Below, piece by piece: positions 7,788-15,710 of a stretch of DNA of 18,064 nt. Below the pieces are notes generated by a model. The model did no database searches and was not told the origin of the DNA. It saw only the letters and a program-made list of their open reading frames with translations. Origin of the DNA: Nitrospinota bacterium (GTDB lineage Bacteria > Nitrospinota > Nitrospinia > JACRGO01); the NCBI GenBank assembly GCA_016212295.1, contig JACRGO010000034.1, positions 1 through 18,064 on the forward strand, read 5' to 3'. Each line of letters starts with the position of its first letter. The stretch's first letter is position 1. The position numbers were made by a program, and so were the translations under genes.

Positions 7788-9044
7788 GTGAAAGACCAAG
7801 TAAATCAAAGAAGAGTAGTGGTGACCGGGCTCGGCCTGGTGACCCCCCTGGGAATAGGGGTGAAGGAAACGTGGGAAGGAATTTGCGCTGGACGGTCCGG
7901 CATCGGACGCATCACCAAATTCGACCCGACGGATTACTCCTGCCAAATCGCCGGGGAGGTTAAGGGATTCGACCCGACCAATTACATGGACGCCAAGGAG
8001 GCCAGGAAGATGGACCCCTTCATCCATTACGCCATGGTCGCGGGCTCCTTTGCCGTGGAGGATTCCGGCCTCAAAATAACTCCTGAGAACGACACCAGGG
8101 TAGGCGTAAGCATCGGCGTGGGCATGGGCGGCCTTCCGGTTATTGAAAAATACCACGAGGTCGTCCTGGAACGTGGCCCCAGAAAAATCACGCCATTCTT
8201 CATCCCAATGCTTATCGCAAACATGGCGGCCGGCCATCTGTCGATGAAGTTCGGCGCCAAGGGGCCGAACTGTTGCAGCGCCACAGCCTGCGCCACCGGC
8301 ACCCACGCCATGGGCGATTCCTTTGAAATCATCCGCCGCGGCGACGCGGACGTCATGATCGCGGGCGGCGCTGAATCCGTTATCACGAAACTGGGGATCG
8401 GCGGGTTTTGCGCCATGAAGGCCCTGGCCGCGAAATACAACGGCCAGCCGGAAAAGGGAAGCCGCCCCTTTGACAGGGACCGCGACGGGTTTGTTATGGG
8501 TGAAGGCTCAGGCGTGATGGTGCTTGAGGAGTTGGAATCGGCCAAACGCAGAGGGGCCAGGATTTACGCGGAAATTGTGGGATACGGAATGAACGCCGAC
8601 GCCTATCACATGACCTTGCCCCCGCCGGAGGGAGAAGGCGCCGCCCGGTGCATGAACCTGGCCCTGAAAAAAGGAAATATCAGGCCGGAAGAGATTGATT
8701 ACATAAACGCCCATGGCACTGGAACAGCCGCGGACGTCCTGGAAACAAAGGCCATAAAGTCCGTCTTCGGCGGCCACGCATACAAGCTGGCGGTCAGCTC
8801 CACCAAGTCAATGACCGGACATCTCCTCGGGGCAGCCGGTGGAATAGAGGGCGTTTTTTCCGTTCTTGCCATTGAAAGGGGAGTCCTTCCCCCGACCATT
8901 AATTTAGAGAACCCCGACCAGGAATGTGACCTGGATTATGTCCCTAACCAATCCAGAAAAAAAGAAATAAATTTCGCACTTTCCAATTCCTTTGGATTCG
9001 GCGGGACCAACGCCTGCGTTATTTTCAAGAAATTTAATTCCTGA
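7788..9044 (+). CDS. fabF: 3-oxoacyl-ACP synthase II (FabF)
   Basis: GTG start abutting the acpP stop. RRVVVTGLGLVTPLG N-terminus. Cys-His-His triad context (ATACATG, HGTGT, GHLLGAAG). Confidence 0.92.
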   Translation: MKDQVNQRRVVVTGLGLVTPLGIGVKETWEGICAGRSGIGRITKFDPTDYSCQIAGEVKGFDPTNYMDAKEARKMDPFIHYAMVAGSFAVEDSGLKITPENDTRVGVSIGVGMGGLPVIEKYHEVVLERGPRKITPFFIPMLIANMAAGHLSMKFGAKGPNCCSATACATGTHAMGDSFEIIRRGDADVMIAGGAESVITKLGIGGFCAMKALAAKYNGQPEKGSRPFDRDRDGFVMGEGSGVMVLEELESAKRRGARIYAEIVGYGMNADAYHMTLPPPEGEGAARCMNLALKKGNIRPEEIDYINAHGTGTAADVLETKAIKSVFGGHAYKLAVSSTKSMTGHLLGAAGGIEGVFSVLAIERGVLPPTINLENPDQECDLDYVPNQSRKKEINFALSNSFGFGGTNACVIFKKFNS

Positions 9045-9861
9045 ATTTATCCAGTTCCCTCGTTGTTTCCTGGGCAATGATTTCCATCAAATCGCTTGAG
9101 ATTTTTGGGACAACTGAAGGGACGCATGGCATTCCGGCTGAGGAATGCTGGAGGGAGACGAACTTTCCCGACGGACACGCCTTGCACGATTCGCAGCGGG
9201 CGAGGATTTTCTTGGGCGGAAGGCCAAGCCCCTCGCCCACTTTCCGCAATTTTTCTATCTGGCCCTGAGACAAGGGATGCAGGTCCCCCAACTGCCTTGC
9301 CGCGTGGGTGATTTGCGCCACGTGCTCGATCCGCTCCAACAGATTATATGCGTCAAACACGGTGGCGCCAACTGTCAGGGACCCATGCCGTTCCAGCATG
9401 ATGGCGTCGAAATCCTTGATGTATTCCTGAATGGACTGCGGCACCTCGTCCGTTGTGGGGGTGGAATATGACGCGGTTGGAATGGATCCCAGTGTGAAGA
9501 CCACCTCCGGCAGCATGCACTTGGCCAGGGAGACTCCAGCCAACGTGAAGGCCACGCAATAGGTGGGATGAGCATGGACCACCGCCATGACGTCCGGCCT
9601 CATCCTGTAGCACTCCAGGTGCATCCTGATTTCAGACGAAGGACCGTATTGGCCGGATATCCGCGCACCCTCCATATCGATCACCACCAGGTCGCGCTCG
9701 TTAATGAAACCCTTATGGAGTTTGGTGGGAGTGGTGAGGACGCGGTTTCTGGGCAGGCGGAGGCTCACGTTGCCGTCGCTGGCCGCGATCCATCCCTTGT
9801 TGTACATCCTGCGGCAGACCTCCACTATGTCTTTTCTATGCTCTTCTTCGTTTTTTATCAT
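9034..9861 (-). CDS. Class II aldolase (FucA/RhaD/adducin-head family) with a C-terminal Cys-rich extension; BMC cargo candidate
   Basis: True start MIKNEEEHRKDIVEVCRRMYNKGW at 9861; the upstream MSLVTRHLSLISV is repeat-derived. HAHP metal-binding context. About 60-aa C-terminal tail with CESCKACPSGK...C and an amphipathic SSDLMEIIAQETTRELDKF. The 3' end overlaps the fabF 3' end convergently by 11 nt. Confidence 0.85.
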   Translation of the reverse strand: MIKNEEEHRKDIVEVCRRMYNKGWIAASDGNVSLRLPRNRVLTTPTKLHKGFINERDLVVIDMEGARISGQYGPSSEIRMHLECYRMRPDVMAVVHAHPTYCVAFTLAGVSLAKCMLPEVVFTLGSIPTASYSTPTTDEVPQSIQEYIKDFDAIMLERHGSLTVGATVFDAYNLLERIEHVAQITHAARQLGDLHPLSQGQIEKLRKVGEGLGLPPKKILARCESCKACPSGKFVSLQHSSAGMPCVPSVVPKISSDLMEIIAQETTRELDKFRN

Positions 9862-9872
9862 GACTGAAATCA

Positions 9873-9928
9873 GTGACAAGTGACGAGTAACAAGTGACAA
9901 GTGACAAGTGGCGAGTAACGAGTAAAAA
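9873..9928. repeat. Heptamer array A: GTGACAA GTGACGA GTAACAA GTGACAA GTGACAA GTGGCGA GTAACGA GTAAAAA
   Basis: Eight consecutive 7-mers. Preceded by TGACTGAAA. Confidence 0.9.
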
Positions 9929-9964
9929 ACGGAAAATGCCCCACTTGATCCATGCCTCTTGACA

Positions 9965-10237
9965 CTATCCCGAACAATTTATCTGATCCACTATAGCTGT
10001 AATGACCGAATGGACCGGCGCGGAGTCGTCTCCAAAAAGCTGCCTGGCCGCGTTCCCTTCCGGGGCAACCAGCACCGTGTCCCCTTCCCCTGCCTGCACA
10101 AAATCAACAGCCAGGAAGGAGCTTCCCGTTGGTTTCTGCTCCTGGTCCAGGGGCTGGACCACAAGGACCTTGTGCCCCTCGTAAGCCGGGTGCTTCAAGG
10201 TCGCGACGACATTTCCCAATACCTTGCAGATCAACAT
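9965..10237 (-). CDS. BMC vertex protein (EutN/PduN/CcmL family, BMC-P) copy 1
   Basis: MLICKVLGNVVATLKHPAYEGHKVLVVQP matches the PF03319 N-terminus. The ORF-track start at 10327 is an extension through the repeat array. Confidence 0.85.
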   Translation of the reverse strand: MLICKVLGNVVATLKHPAYEGHKVLVVQPLDQEQKPTGSSFLAVDFVQAGEGDTVLVAPEGNAARQLFGDDSAPVHSVITAIVDQINCSG

Positions 10238-10247
10238 TTTTTTCTTA

Positions 10248-10296
10248 GTGACCAGTGACGAGTAACGAGTGATCAGTGGCGAGTAACGAGTGACGA
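10248..10296. repeat. Heptamer array B1 (GTGACCA GTGACGA GTAACGA GTGATCA GTGGCGA GTAACGA GTGACGA)
   Basis: Seven 7-mers. Inverted partner B2 lies 24 bp away. Confidence 0.9.
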
Positions 10297-10320
10297 GTCT
10301 TAGAAGCATAGGTTTTTTAC

Positions 10321-10369
10321 TTGTCACTCGTCACTTGTCACTCGTCACTATTTATTTGTCACTCGTCAC
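10321..10369. repeat. Heptamer array B2 (TTGTCAC TCGTCAC TTGTCAC TCGTCAC TATTTAT TTGTCAC TCGTCAC), inverse of B1. The two form a palindrome of about 120 bp
   Basis: Reverse-complement orientation of B1. It contains the stop codon and last codons (..SSDE*) of the BMC-P gene at 10359-10637. Confidence 0.9.
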
Positions 10370-10637
10370 TGCTCCTTGCGTCTATATTGTCAACAATCCC
10401 GACGATACCGGCGTCTATGGGACTGAAGGTGTCCGGCAGAGTCAGGGCCGCCTCGCGTCCGACCACATAAGAGACGGTCTCGCCGATTCCGGCCTGTTGG
10501 GCGTCCACCATCACAAGAGGCTCTCCCTTGGGTTTTCGCTCGTGGTCCACCGGCTGCACCAGCAGGAGCTTGATTCCCTCCAGGCTTGGATGCTTCACCG
10601 TGGCCACCACCCGTCCTATTACTTTTCCTATGTGCAT
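10359..10637 (-). CDS. BMC vertex protein (EutN/PduN family, BMC-P) copy 2
   Basis: MHIGKVIGRVVATVKHPSLEGIKLLLVQPV. GGAG RBS. C-terminal tail encoded by repeat array B2. Confidence 0.85.
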   Translation of the reverse strand: MHIGKVIGRVVATVKHPSLEGIKLLLVQPVDHERKPKGEPLVMVDAQQAGIGETVSYVVGREAALTLPDTFSPIDAGIVGIVDNIDARSSDE

Positions 10638-10772
10638 GAAAAAACTCCAGCCACAAACTTTATTCAGTTTTCCCTTAATATATCAATAACTACGTTGACA
10701 ATTGAATTTATTGCGCCACTTTTTAGTTTGCCTATTTCAGAAATAATCAGTTTATTGTGAATGGTATTAATA

Positions 10773-10994
10773 CTACCGAGCCTTTTGAAAATGTTGCCAT
10801 GCCTCATCCTCCTCTGGACGGTTCCAATCTTCCGCGAGGGCTGTTTCGCTTAACAAGGCTTCCTCATTTACATGAATTAAAGGTTCCTCATCAAGAATCG
10901 TGACTAATGCACGGCAGGATGAAGACAGTTTAATCGGTTCAGACAACTTAATATTGCCTTTTAGATCAATTGTTGCTTCAAGTATGCGGACCAT
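10773..10994 (-). CDS. Small AF2212/AbrB-like, antitoxin-like protein (73 aa), orphan
   Basis: True start MVRILEATIDLKGNIKLSEPIKL...ALVTILDEE with AGGAGG 7 nt upstream; the ORF-track TTG start translates the RBS. C-terminal LSETALAEDWNRPEEDEAW resembles the tails of type II antitoxins that pair with PIN toxins. No toxin gene is adjacent. Confidence 0.4.
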   Translation of the reverse strand: MVRILEATIDLKGNIKLSEPIKLSSSCRALVTILDEEPLIHVNEEALLSETALAEDWNRPEEDEAWQHFQKAR

Positions 10995-11066
10995 ATTAGG
11001 CCTCCTTTTTTTCAAATAAATATGCTTTTATTTAATGAAATCAAATATACACATTTCTTGATAGAG

Positions 11067-11078
11067 TAGCAATTGCTA
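11067..11078. promoter_or_regulatory. Perfect 12-bp palindrome TAGCAATTGCTA flanked by inverted TGATAG/CTATCA hexamers; candidate operator
   Basis: About 70 bp upstream of the 10994 start codon on the - strand. Confidence 0.3.
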
Positions 11079-11084
11079 TCACAA

Positions 11085-11630
11085 TTAGAGCAATTTAAAA
11101 TTCAAATCCGCATGGGGGGCGGGGATGATCTCCTTTGCAACCAGGGTCCCCCCTTCCATTAAATTCCTGATCCCTGCCTCTATCGCGGCTTCCACCTCGG
11201 AGATGTCGCCGGTCAGGGTGTAAAACGATTTTCCGCCAAGGCCGTTGGCAAGGCGCAGCTCGATGAGGTCCACCTTCGCCGCCTTCACCGCCGTGTCGGC
11301 TGAAACAATGGCCGAGGCCACTGAGAAGGTCTCCACTATCCCCAATGCCGCAAGTCCCGCCACCTCGGTGCATGCCTCCATTGCCGGGATGACCTGCCCA
11401 TGTACCTGGGGCAGAAAAAGTTCGTCCACCACAAGTTCTGCCCCTATGCTTATCCCCTCCCTGACGGCTTCCTCGACCGAGGCAACGTCGCCGCGCACAA
11501 GGACCATGTACTTTCCGGGGCACACGGTCCTTGCTTCCATGAGCTTCACCGGGGCCTTTTTCATCATGGCGTCGCAAACCCGTATTCCCCTGGCAACGCT
11601 TCTTAGTTCTATTAATCCTATAGCTTCCAT
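11085..11630 (-). CDS. Tandem BMC-domain shell protein (BMC-T, PduT-like)
   Basis: Two PF00936-like halves: MEAIGLIELRSVARGIRVCDAMMKKA... and LAALGIVETFSVASAIVSADTAVKAAKV.... 181 aa. Confidence 0.8.
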   Translation of the reverse strand: MEAIGLIELRSVARGIRVCDAMMKKAPVKLMEARTVCPGKYMVLVRGDVASVEEAVREGISIGAELVVDELFLPQVHGQVIPAMEACTEVAGLAALGIVETFSVASAIVSADTAVKAAKVDLIELRLANGLGGKSFYTLTGDISEVEAAIEAGIRNLMEGGTLVAKEIIPAPHADLNFKLL

Positions 11631-11638
11631 TAATTATC

Positions 11639-11672
11639 CACGTTATCAGTTCACGGTTTACGGTTCACGGTT
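11639..11672. repeat. Heptamer array CACGTTA TCAGTT CACGGTT TACGGTT CACGGTT; left boundary of the four-helix-bundle cassette
   Basis: Inverse partner AACCGTG array at 12042-12069. Contains the stop codon of the 11665-12015 gene. Confidence 0.85.
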
Positions 11673-12015
11673 TTTTCAATGAATCATGCAAGGCTTGCAA
11701 CATTTTTGATATGGATTTCAACTCATTAATCAAACCTTTTGCGTCACTGTCGGAAAATACGTTAATTTCCCTTGAAATATAAACTTGTGTCCGCAGTTCC
11801 GCCGCCGAGCCTTTTGCAATGTTTATAAACCTTTGAAAATCTGGAACACTGTTTCTTTCGCACCCTTCCGCGATATTCGATGGAATAGATACGGATGAGC
11901 GCAACATTTGATCTTTCAGCCCATAATCACGGCAATCTTTTAATAATTTATAGAGGGTTACTGTCAGTCTGCAAGATTTTTTCCAAACTTCTAAATTCTC
12001 AAAGGAAGCGCTCAT
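11665..12015 (-). CDS. Four-helix-bundle protein (23S rRNA intervening-sequence protein / Avd-like family, TIGR02436-type), intact copy
   Basis: LEVWKKS...LKDQMLRSSVSIPSNIAEG..R.S..DFQRFINIAKGSAAELRTQVYIS matches the family consensus. Flanked by inverted CACGGTT/AACCGTG heptamer arrays. Confidence 0.85.
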   Translation of the reverse strand: MSASFENLEVWKKSCRLTVTLYKLLKDCRDYGLKDQMLRSSVSIPSNIAEGCERNSVPDFQRFINIAKGSAAELRTQVYISREINVFSDSDAKGLINELKSISKMLQALHDSLKKP

Positions 12016-12041
12016 AACCTTTTTCTATTTTCTGCTTCACC

Positions 12042-12069
12042 AACCGTGAACTGTGAACCGTGAACCGTA
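12042..12069. repeat. Heptamer array AACCGTG AACTGTG AACCGTG AACCGTA; right boundary of the four-helix-bundle cassette
   Basis: Reverse complement of the 11639-11672 array. Confidence 0.85.
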
Positions 12070-12090
12070 AACAATTTTCTTATTTTATGT

Positions 12091-13425
12091 CTACCTGCTT
12101 TCAATTCCCACATACCTCCCGTTCACCTCCGCCACTGTCCCGTCCATGGAGGCGTGGACTCTGGCGCCCATTTTTCCCTCCGGTATCTCGCCCACCAATT
12201 GGCCTTGCTTCACCTTGTCCCCTGTCTTCACCACAGGGACGGCGGCCGCGCCGATATGCTGCCTCAAGGGAATTTTTACATTGGTGAAGGGAAAATCCCT
12301 TTCTTCCCATTCGGGGTGGACGTCGTATTCCTTTAGACCCAGCCTTTGAATCAACCGGTCCTTGGGGATTTTCCTGTAGTCGCGGTATTGGTCCTGGGCC
12401 AGGCCGCTTCGTGAATGCGGGTTCTTTATCCCTGCCCCGGCTAGGCGTCCCTTGAATTCCCTGAAAACAACGCGGGGAGAAAGGGCCATGGGACAGGCAT
12501 AGAGGTCGCATACCCCGCATTCACAACAGAGAAAGGCGCGGGTTATTGTGTCGGTGTCAAGGTCCCGATCATAGTCTATTACCCGCATAATCTTGTGCGG
12601 CTCAAGACTATGCCCCTGGAGCCAGCGGGGACAAAAATCAGTGCAGTAGCGGCACTGCTCGCAAATTGATTTGGACATGCGCGCCTCTGTGGCCACTGTC
12701 CTGCTTCTTCGCATTACGTAAGGGTGGTCCTTTGGGAGCACGATGATCCCGGAGGTGGTCTTCGTGACCGGCTCCCCGCAATCCCCTGCCAACCGTCCCA
12801 TCATGGGTCCCCCCACCAGAATAACGTAATCCTCTATCCTGGCCCCGCCGCACAGCGCTATGAGGTCCTTGAAAGAAACGCCGATAGGGACCCGCAGGAC
12901 CCTTGGCCAGTTGACCTCTCCGCATACCGTTATCCGCTGGCGGACCACGGGTTCGCCGTGGAAGGCGCGGTGGATGTTGAGCAGGGTGTTGACGTTATTC
13001 ACCAAGACGCCCACATGCAAGGGAAGGCCGCCTTCGGGAATTATTCTTCCAGCGGCGTCCAGGACCAAAACATGCTCATCGCCCGCCGGGTAATAATTCC
13101 CCATTTCATGCAGCCTGATATTTTTTTCGGAGGCTGCTGCCTGGGAAAGCGATTTTACCGCTTCGTGATAATGGGCCTTGACAGCGATAATCCCCTGTCC
13201 GGCACCAACTGCCTCCATCACGAGCTTGACGCCGGAGACGATCTCGTCCGCCGCCGTCTCCATGGTCCTCTGGTCCGTGCAGAGAAGGGGCTCGCATTCC
13301 GCTCCATTGGCGATCACTATCTCAGCCCTGGCGTTGATCTTTACGTGGGTTGGAAACCCAGCCCCTCCGGCGCCCACCACTCCGGCGTTTTTAACTTTTT
13401 CTATTAATTGTTCGCGAAAACGCAT
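12091..13425 (-). CDS. PduS/RnfC-like Fe-S flavoprotein oxidoreductase (BMC-associated)
   Basis: True start MRFREQLIEKVKNAGVVGAGGAGFPTHVK with the RnfC/NqrA-type GAGGAGFP motif. Two 4Fe-4S motifs, CEQCRYCTDFCP and CCECGVCDLYACP. The ORF-track start at 13521 runs through repeat array C (LLVTRHLSLVT). Confidence 0.85.
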   Translation of the reverse strand: MRFREQLIEKVKNAGVVGAGGAGFPTHVKINARAEIVIANGAECEPLLCTDQRTMETAADEIVSGVKLVMEAVGAGQGIIAVKAHYHEAVKSLSQAAASEKNIRLHEMGNYYPAGDEHVLVLDAAGRIIPEGGLPLHVGVLVNNVNTLLNIHRAFHGEPVVRQRITVCGEVNWPRVLRVPIGVSFKDLIALCGGARIEDYVILVGGPMMGRLAGDCGEPVTKTTSGIIVLPKDHPYVMRRSRTVATEARMSKSICEQCRYCTDFCPRWLQGHSLEPHKIMRVIDYDRDLDTDTITRAFLCCECGVCDLYACPMALSPRVVFREFKGRLAGAGIKNPHSRSGLAQDQYRDYRKIPKDRLIQRLGLKEYDVHPEWEERDFPFTNVKIPLRQHIGAAAVPVVKTGDKVKQGQLVGEIPEGKMGARVHASMDGTVAEVNGRYVGIESR

Positions 13426-13435
13426 TTGAATGATA

Positions 13436-13498
13436 GTGACTGAAAGATAGTGACAAGTGACAAGTGACAAGTGACGAGTGACAAGTAAAAAGTAAAAA
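13436..13498. repeat. Heptamer array C (GTGACTG..GTGACAA x3 GTGACGA GTGACAA GTAAAAA GTAAAAA)
   Basis: Inverted partner D at 13571-13619, 72 bp away. Confidence 0.9.
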
Positions 13499-13570
13499 CT
13501 TATAGCTCTTTGGGCGGACAAAAAAAATCAATGGCCAGGGATCAGTACCGGCTCCTGGATTCTTTTCTAC

Positions 13571-13619
13571 TCGTCACTCGTCACTTGTCACTCGTTACTG
13601 CTTCTCGGTAACTCGTCAC
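13571..13619. repeat. Heptamer array D (TCGTCAC TCGTCAC TTGTCAC TCGTTAC ... TCGTCAC), inverse of C
   Basis: Ends 4 bp from the aldehyde dehydrogenase stop codon. Confidence 0.9.
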
Positions 13620-13623
13620 TGCT

Positions 13624-15114
13624 TCAAACAATTCTAAACCTGTCCTTCAAAGTACAGCGGCGCTCCCTTGTGAAGTGGACGGCGGTGGTCAGGCCCTCTC
13701 CGGTGGGGCTGGCTATGGTGAAGGACGTATACCCTTCCCCGGTGAAGCCCAATCCGGCGTATGAAGGTCCGTTCTTCACGAAGATGGAGGTGTTGATTTC
13801 CCGCGCCATGCGGCTCAGCTTGTCGATGTTTCTGGAGTGCATCACCGCCGTGTGGCCGAACCCGTGCTCCACCTCCTTGGCCAGGTCAATGGCGGCGTCC
13901 GCGTCCTTGACCCTAACCAACGGAATCAAAGGCATGAGAAGTTCCATCTGGACAAAGGGATGGCCGGCGTCCGTCTCGGCGATGATCAACCGGATATCCT
14001 CCCCGACGTTGACGCCGATCTCCTTCAGGATAACCGCCGCGTCCTTTCCCACGAATTTCTTGTTAACCACTCCGTGGGAGCCGTCAACCGGCGGCTCCTG
14101 GATAATAAGCTTCCGCATCTGGCGGATTTGCTGCTGGTTCAACTCGTAGCAGCCGTTTCGCTTGAGGGCGGATTTCAGGGAATCCGCTATTGAGGCCACT
14201 GCTATGATCTCCTTTTCCACTATGCAGACCATGTTGTTGTCGAATGACGCGCCGTTTACTATGTCAACCGCCGCGTTTTCGATGTCCGCTGTCTCGTCCA
14301 CCACCACAGGCGGATTACCTGGTCCGGCGGCGATCACCTTCTTTCCTGAATTCATGGCGGCCTTGACCACCGCGGGTCCGCCGGTGACCACCAATAACCG
14401 TATGCCGGGATGCTCCATGAGTTCCCTGGCCGATTGAATGGTCGGCTCTGATATAGTGGTTATGAGGTCCCTGGGACCGCCCGCCTTGGCTATGGCCCTG
14501 TTGAGGAGATCGACTGAATAAATGGAGATTTTTTTAGCGGTCGGGTGGGCGTTGAACACCACCGCGTTTCCCCCGGCCAGCATGCTCACCGCGTTGTTGA
14601 AGATCGTCGCGAAGGGATTTGTGCATGGGGTGATGGACCCTATGACGCCGTAAGGGGCGCGTTCCACCAACGTGAGTCCGTTATCGCCCGTGTAGCTGAC
14701 TGGTTGCAGTATTTCCAGTCCAGGCGTTTTTTCTATTGACAACCTGTTTTTCAGCGCCTTGTCCTTGACCCGGCCCATGCCTGTCTCTGACACCGCCATC
14801 TCCGCGAGTTTTTGCGCCTCTTCCAGGGCGGTTGATCGCATGGAGGCGATGATCCCGCCACGAAGGGACAAGGGCATACTGCTAAGTTCCGCGAAGGCCT
14901 TCGCGGCGGCAAGGACCGCTGAATTAATATCGCCGAACACTCCAAGCCCCTCGCCCTTGCTTTCCTTAGCGGATGAGGACGGACAGCCGTGAGGCGGATT
15001 GAACGCCGCCTGGGGCTTCGAGGGACCTGGAGCGCTAATGGTCTGCCCGCTCCATATCCTTTCAGCAACCCTTCTCACTATTGAGGCAATCTGGTCTTCT
15101 GTAAGTTGTGTCAT
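13624..15114 (-). CDS. CoA-acylating aldehyde dehydrogenase (PduP/EutE-like BMC core enzyme) with N-terminal encapsulation-peptide-like helix
   Basis: 496 aa. ALDH catalytic region ...MVCIVEKE.../...GEGYTSFTIASPTGEG. N-terminal amphipathic EDQIASIVRRVAERI followed by a Pro/Ser/Gly linker before GVFGDINSAV. Confidence 0.88.
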   Translation of the reverse strand: MTQLTEDQIASIVRRVAERIWSGQTISAPGPSKPQAAFNPPHGCPSSSAKESKGEGLGVFGDINSAVLAAAKAFAELSSMPLSLRGGIIASMRSTALEEAQKLAEMAVSETGMGRVKDKALKNRLSIEKTPGLEILQPVSYTGDNGLTLVERAPYGVIGSITPCTNPFATIFNNAVSMLAGGNAVVFNAHPTAKKISIYSVDLLNRAIAKAGGPRDLITTISEPTIQSARELMEHPGIRLLVVTGGPAVVKAAMNSGKKVIAAGPGNPPVVVDETADIENAAVDIVNGASFDNNMVCIVEKEIIAVASIADSLKSALKRNGCYELNQQQIRQMRKLIIQEPPVDGSHGVVNKKFVGKDAAVILKEIGVNVGEDIRLIIAETDAGHPFVQMELLMPLIPLVRVKDADAAIDLAKEVEHGFGHTAVMHSRNIDKLSRMAREINTSIFVKNGPSYAGLGFTGEGYTSFTIASPTGEGLTTAVHFTRERRCTLKDRFRIV

Positions 15115-15121
15115 TGTCTAA

Positions 15122-15409
15122 TTACTTCTTAAACACCAACTTATCGTCGATGTCCCATTGGTCCACTATGGCCATTATGACAGCGTCTACTGGTTTATTA
15201 TTGGTTATGTCCGTTTGCCTCGCCGAACTTCCAGTGGCGTAGAGCACTATCTCTCCCTGGCCCGCGCCGACGGAGTCGGCCGCCACCACATAGTTCTGGC
15301 CGGCCTTCCCCCTGGAATCAACGCCAGCCACAAGCTGGAGCTTGAGGCCCTCCAGCTTAGGGTCTTTCTGGGAGGCGACAACCGTCCCAACCACTTTTCC
15401 GAATAACAT
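15122..15409 (-). CDS. BMC vertex protein (EutN/PduN family, BMC-P) copy 3
   Basis: [34 protein letters not shown] 8 nt upstream. The ORF-track start at 15445 would overlap the BMC-H gene. Confidence 0.85.
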   Translation of the reverse strand: MLFGKVVGTVVASQKDPKLEGLKLQLVAGVDSRGKAGQNYVVAADSVGAGQGEIVLYATGSSARQTDITNNKPVDAVIMAIVDQWDIDDKLVFKK

Positions 15410-15419
15410 GAGCGGTCTC

Positions 15420-15710
15420 CTATTCCGTAGCGTTCGAGCGCCCAAGCGGGAGGGCCTTGTCGATATTGAGGTGCGGCCTTGGAATCACGTGGACGGACAC
15501 CAACTGCCCGACCTTCTCAGCGGCGCGGGAGCCGGCCTCGGTGGCGGCCTTGACCGCCGCGACGTCTCCCCTCACTATGGCGGTGACGTAGCCGCCGCCG
15601 GTTTTTTCGTATCCGACCAACTCAACCTTGGCCGCCTTGACCATGGCGTCCGACGCCTCAACCATGGCGGTGAAACCCCGCGTTTCTATCATTCCCAATG
15701 CTTCAGCCAT
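15420..15710 (-). CDS. BMC-H hexameric shell protein (PduA/EutM-like)
   Basis: [56 protein letters not shown] is a canonical PF00936 sequence. GGAGG RBS. Confidence 0.93.
   Translation of the reverse strand: MAEALGMIETRGFTAMVEASDAMVKAAKVELVGYEKTGGGYVTAIVRGDVAAVKAATEAGSRAAEKVGQLVSVHVIPRPHLNIDKALPLGRSNATE

Noticed and set aside
10290-10760. 156-aa + strand ORF spanning repeat array B2 and antisense to BMC-P copy 2
   Set aside because: It starts inside the heptamer array (MTSLRSIGFLLVTRHLSLVT) and overlaps a confidently identified EutN/PduN gene. It is a repeat-translation artefact.
10638-10772. Search for a toxin partner downstream of the antitoxin-like gene
   Set aside because: The 135-bp gap contains no ORF on the - strand with a start and RBS. 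Only the RBS and start of the next BMC-P gene are present.
11095-11577. 160-aa Arg/Gly-rich - strand ORF
   Set aside because: It is an alternative frame of the PduT-like gene, and its composition (RRHDEKGPGEAHG...) is not protein-like.
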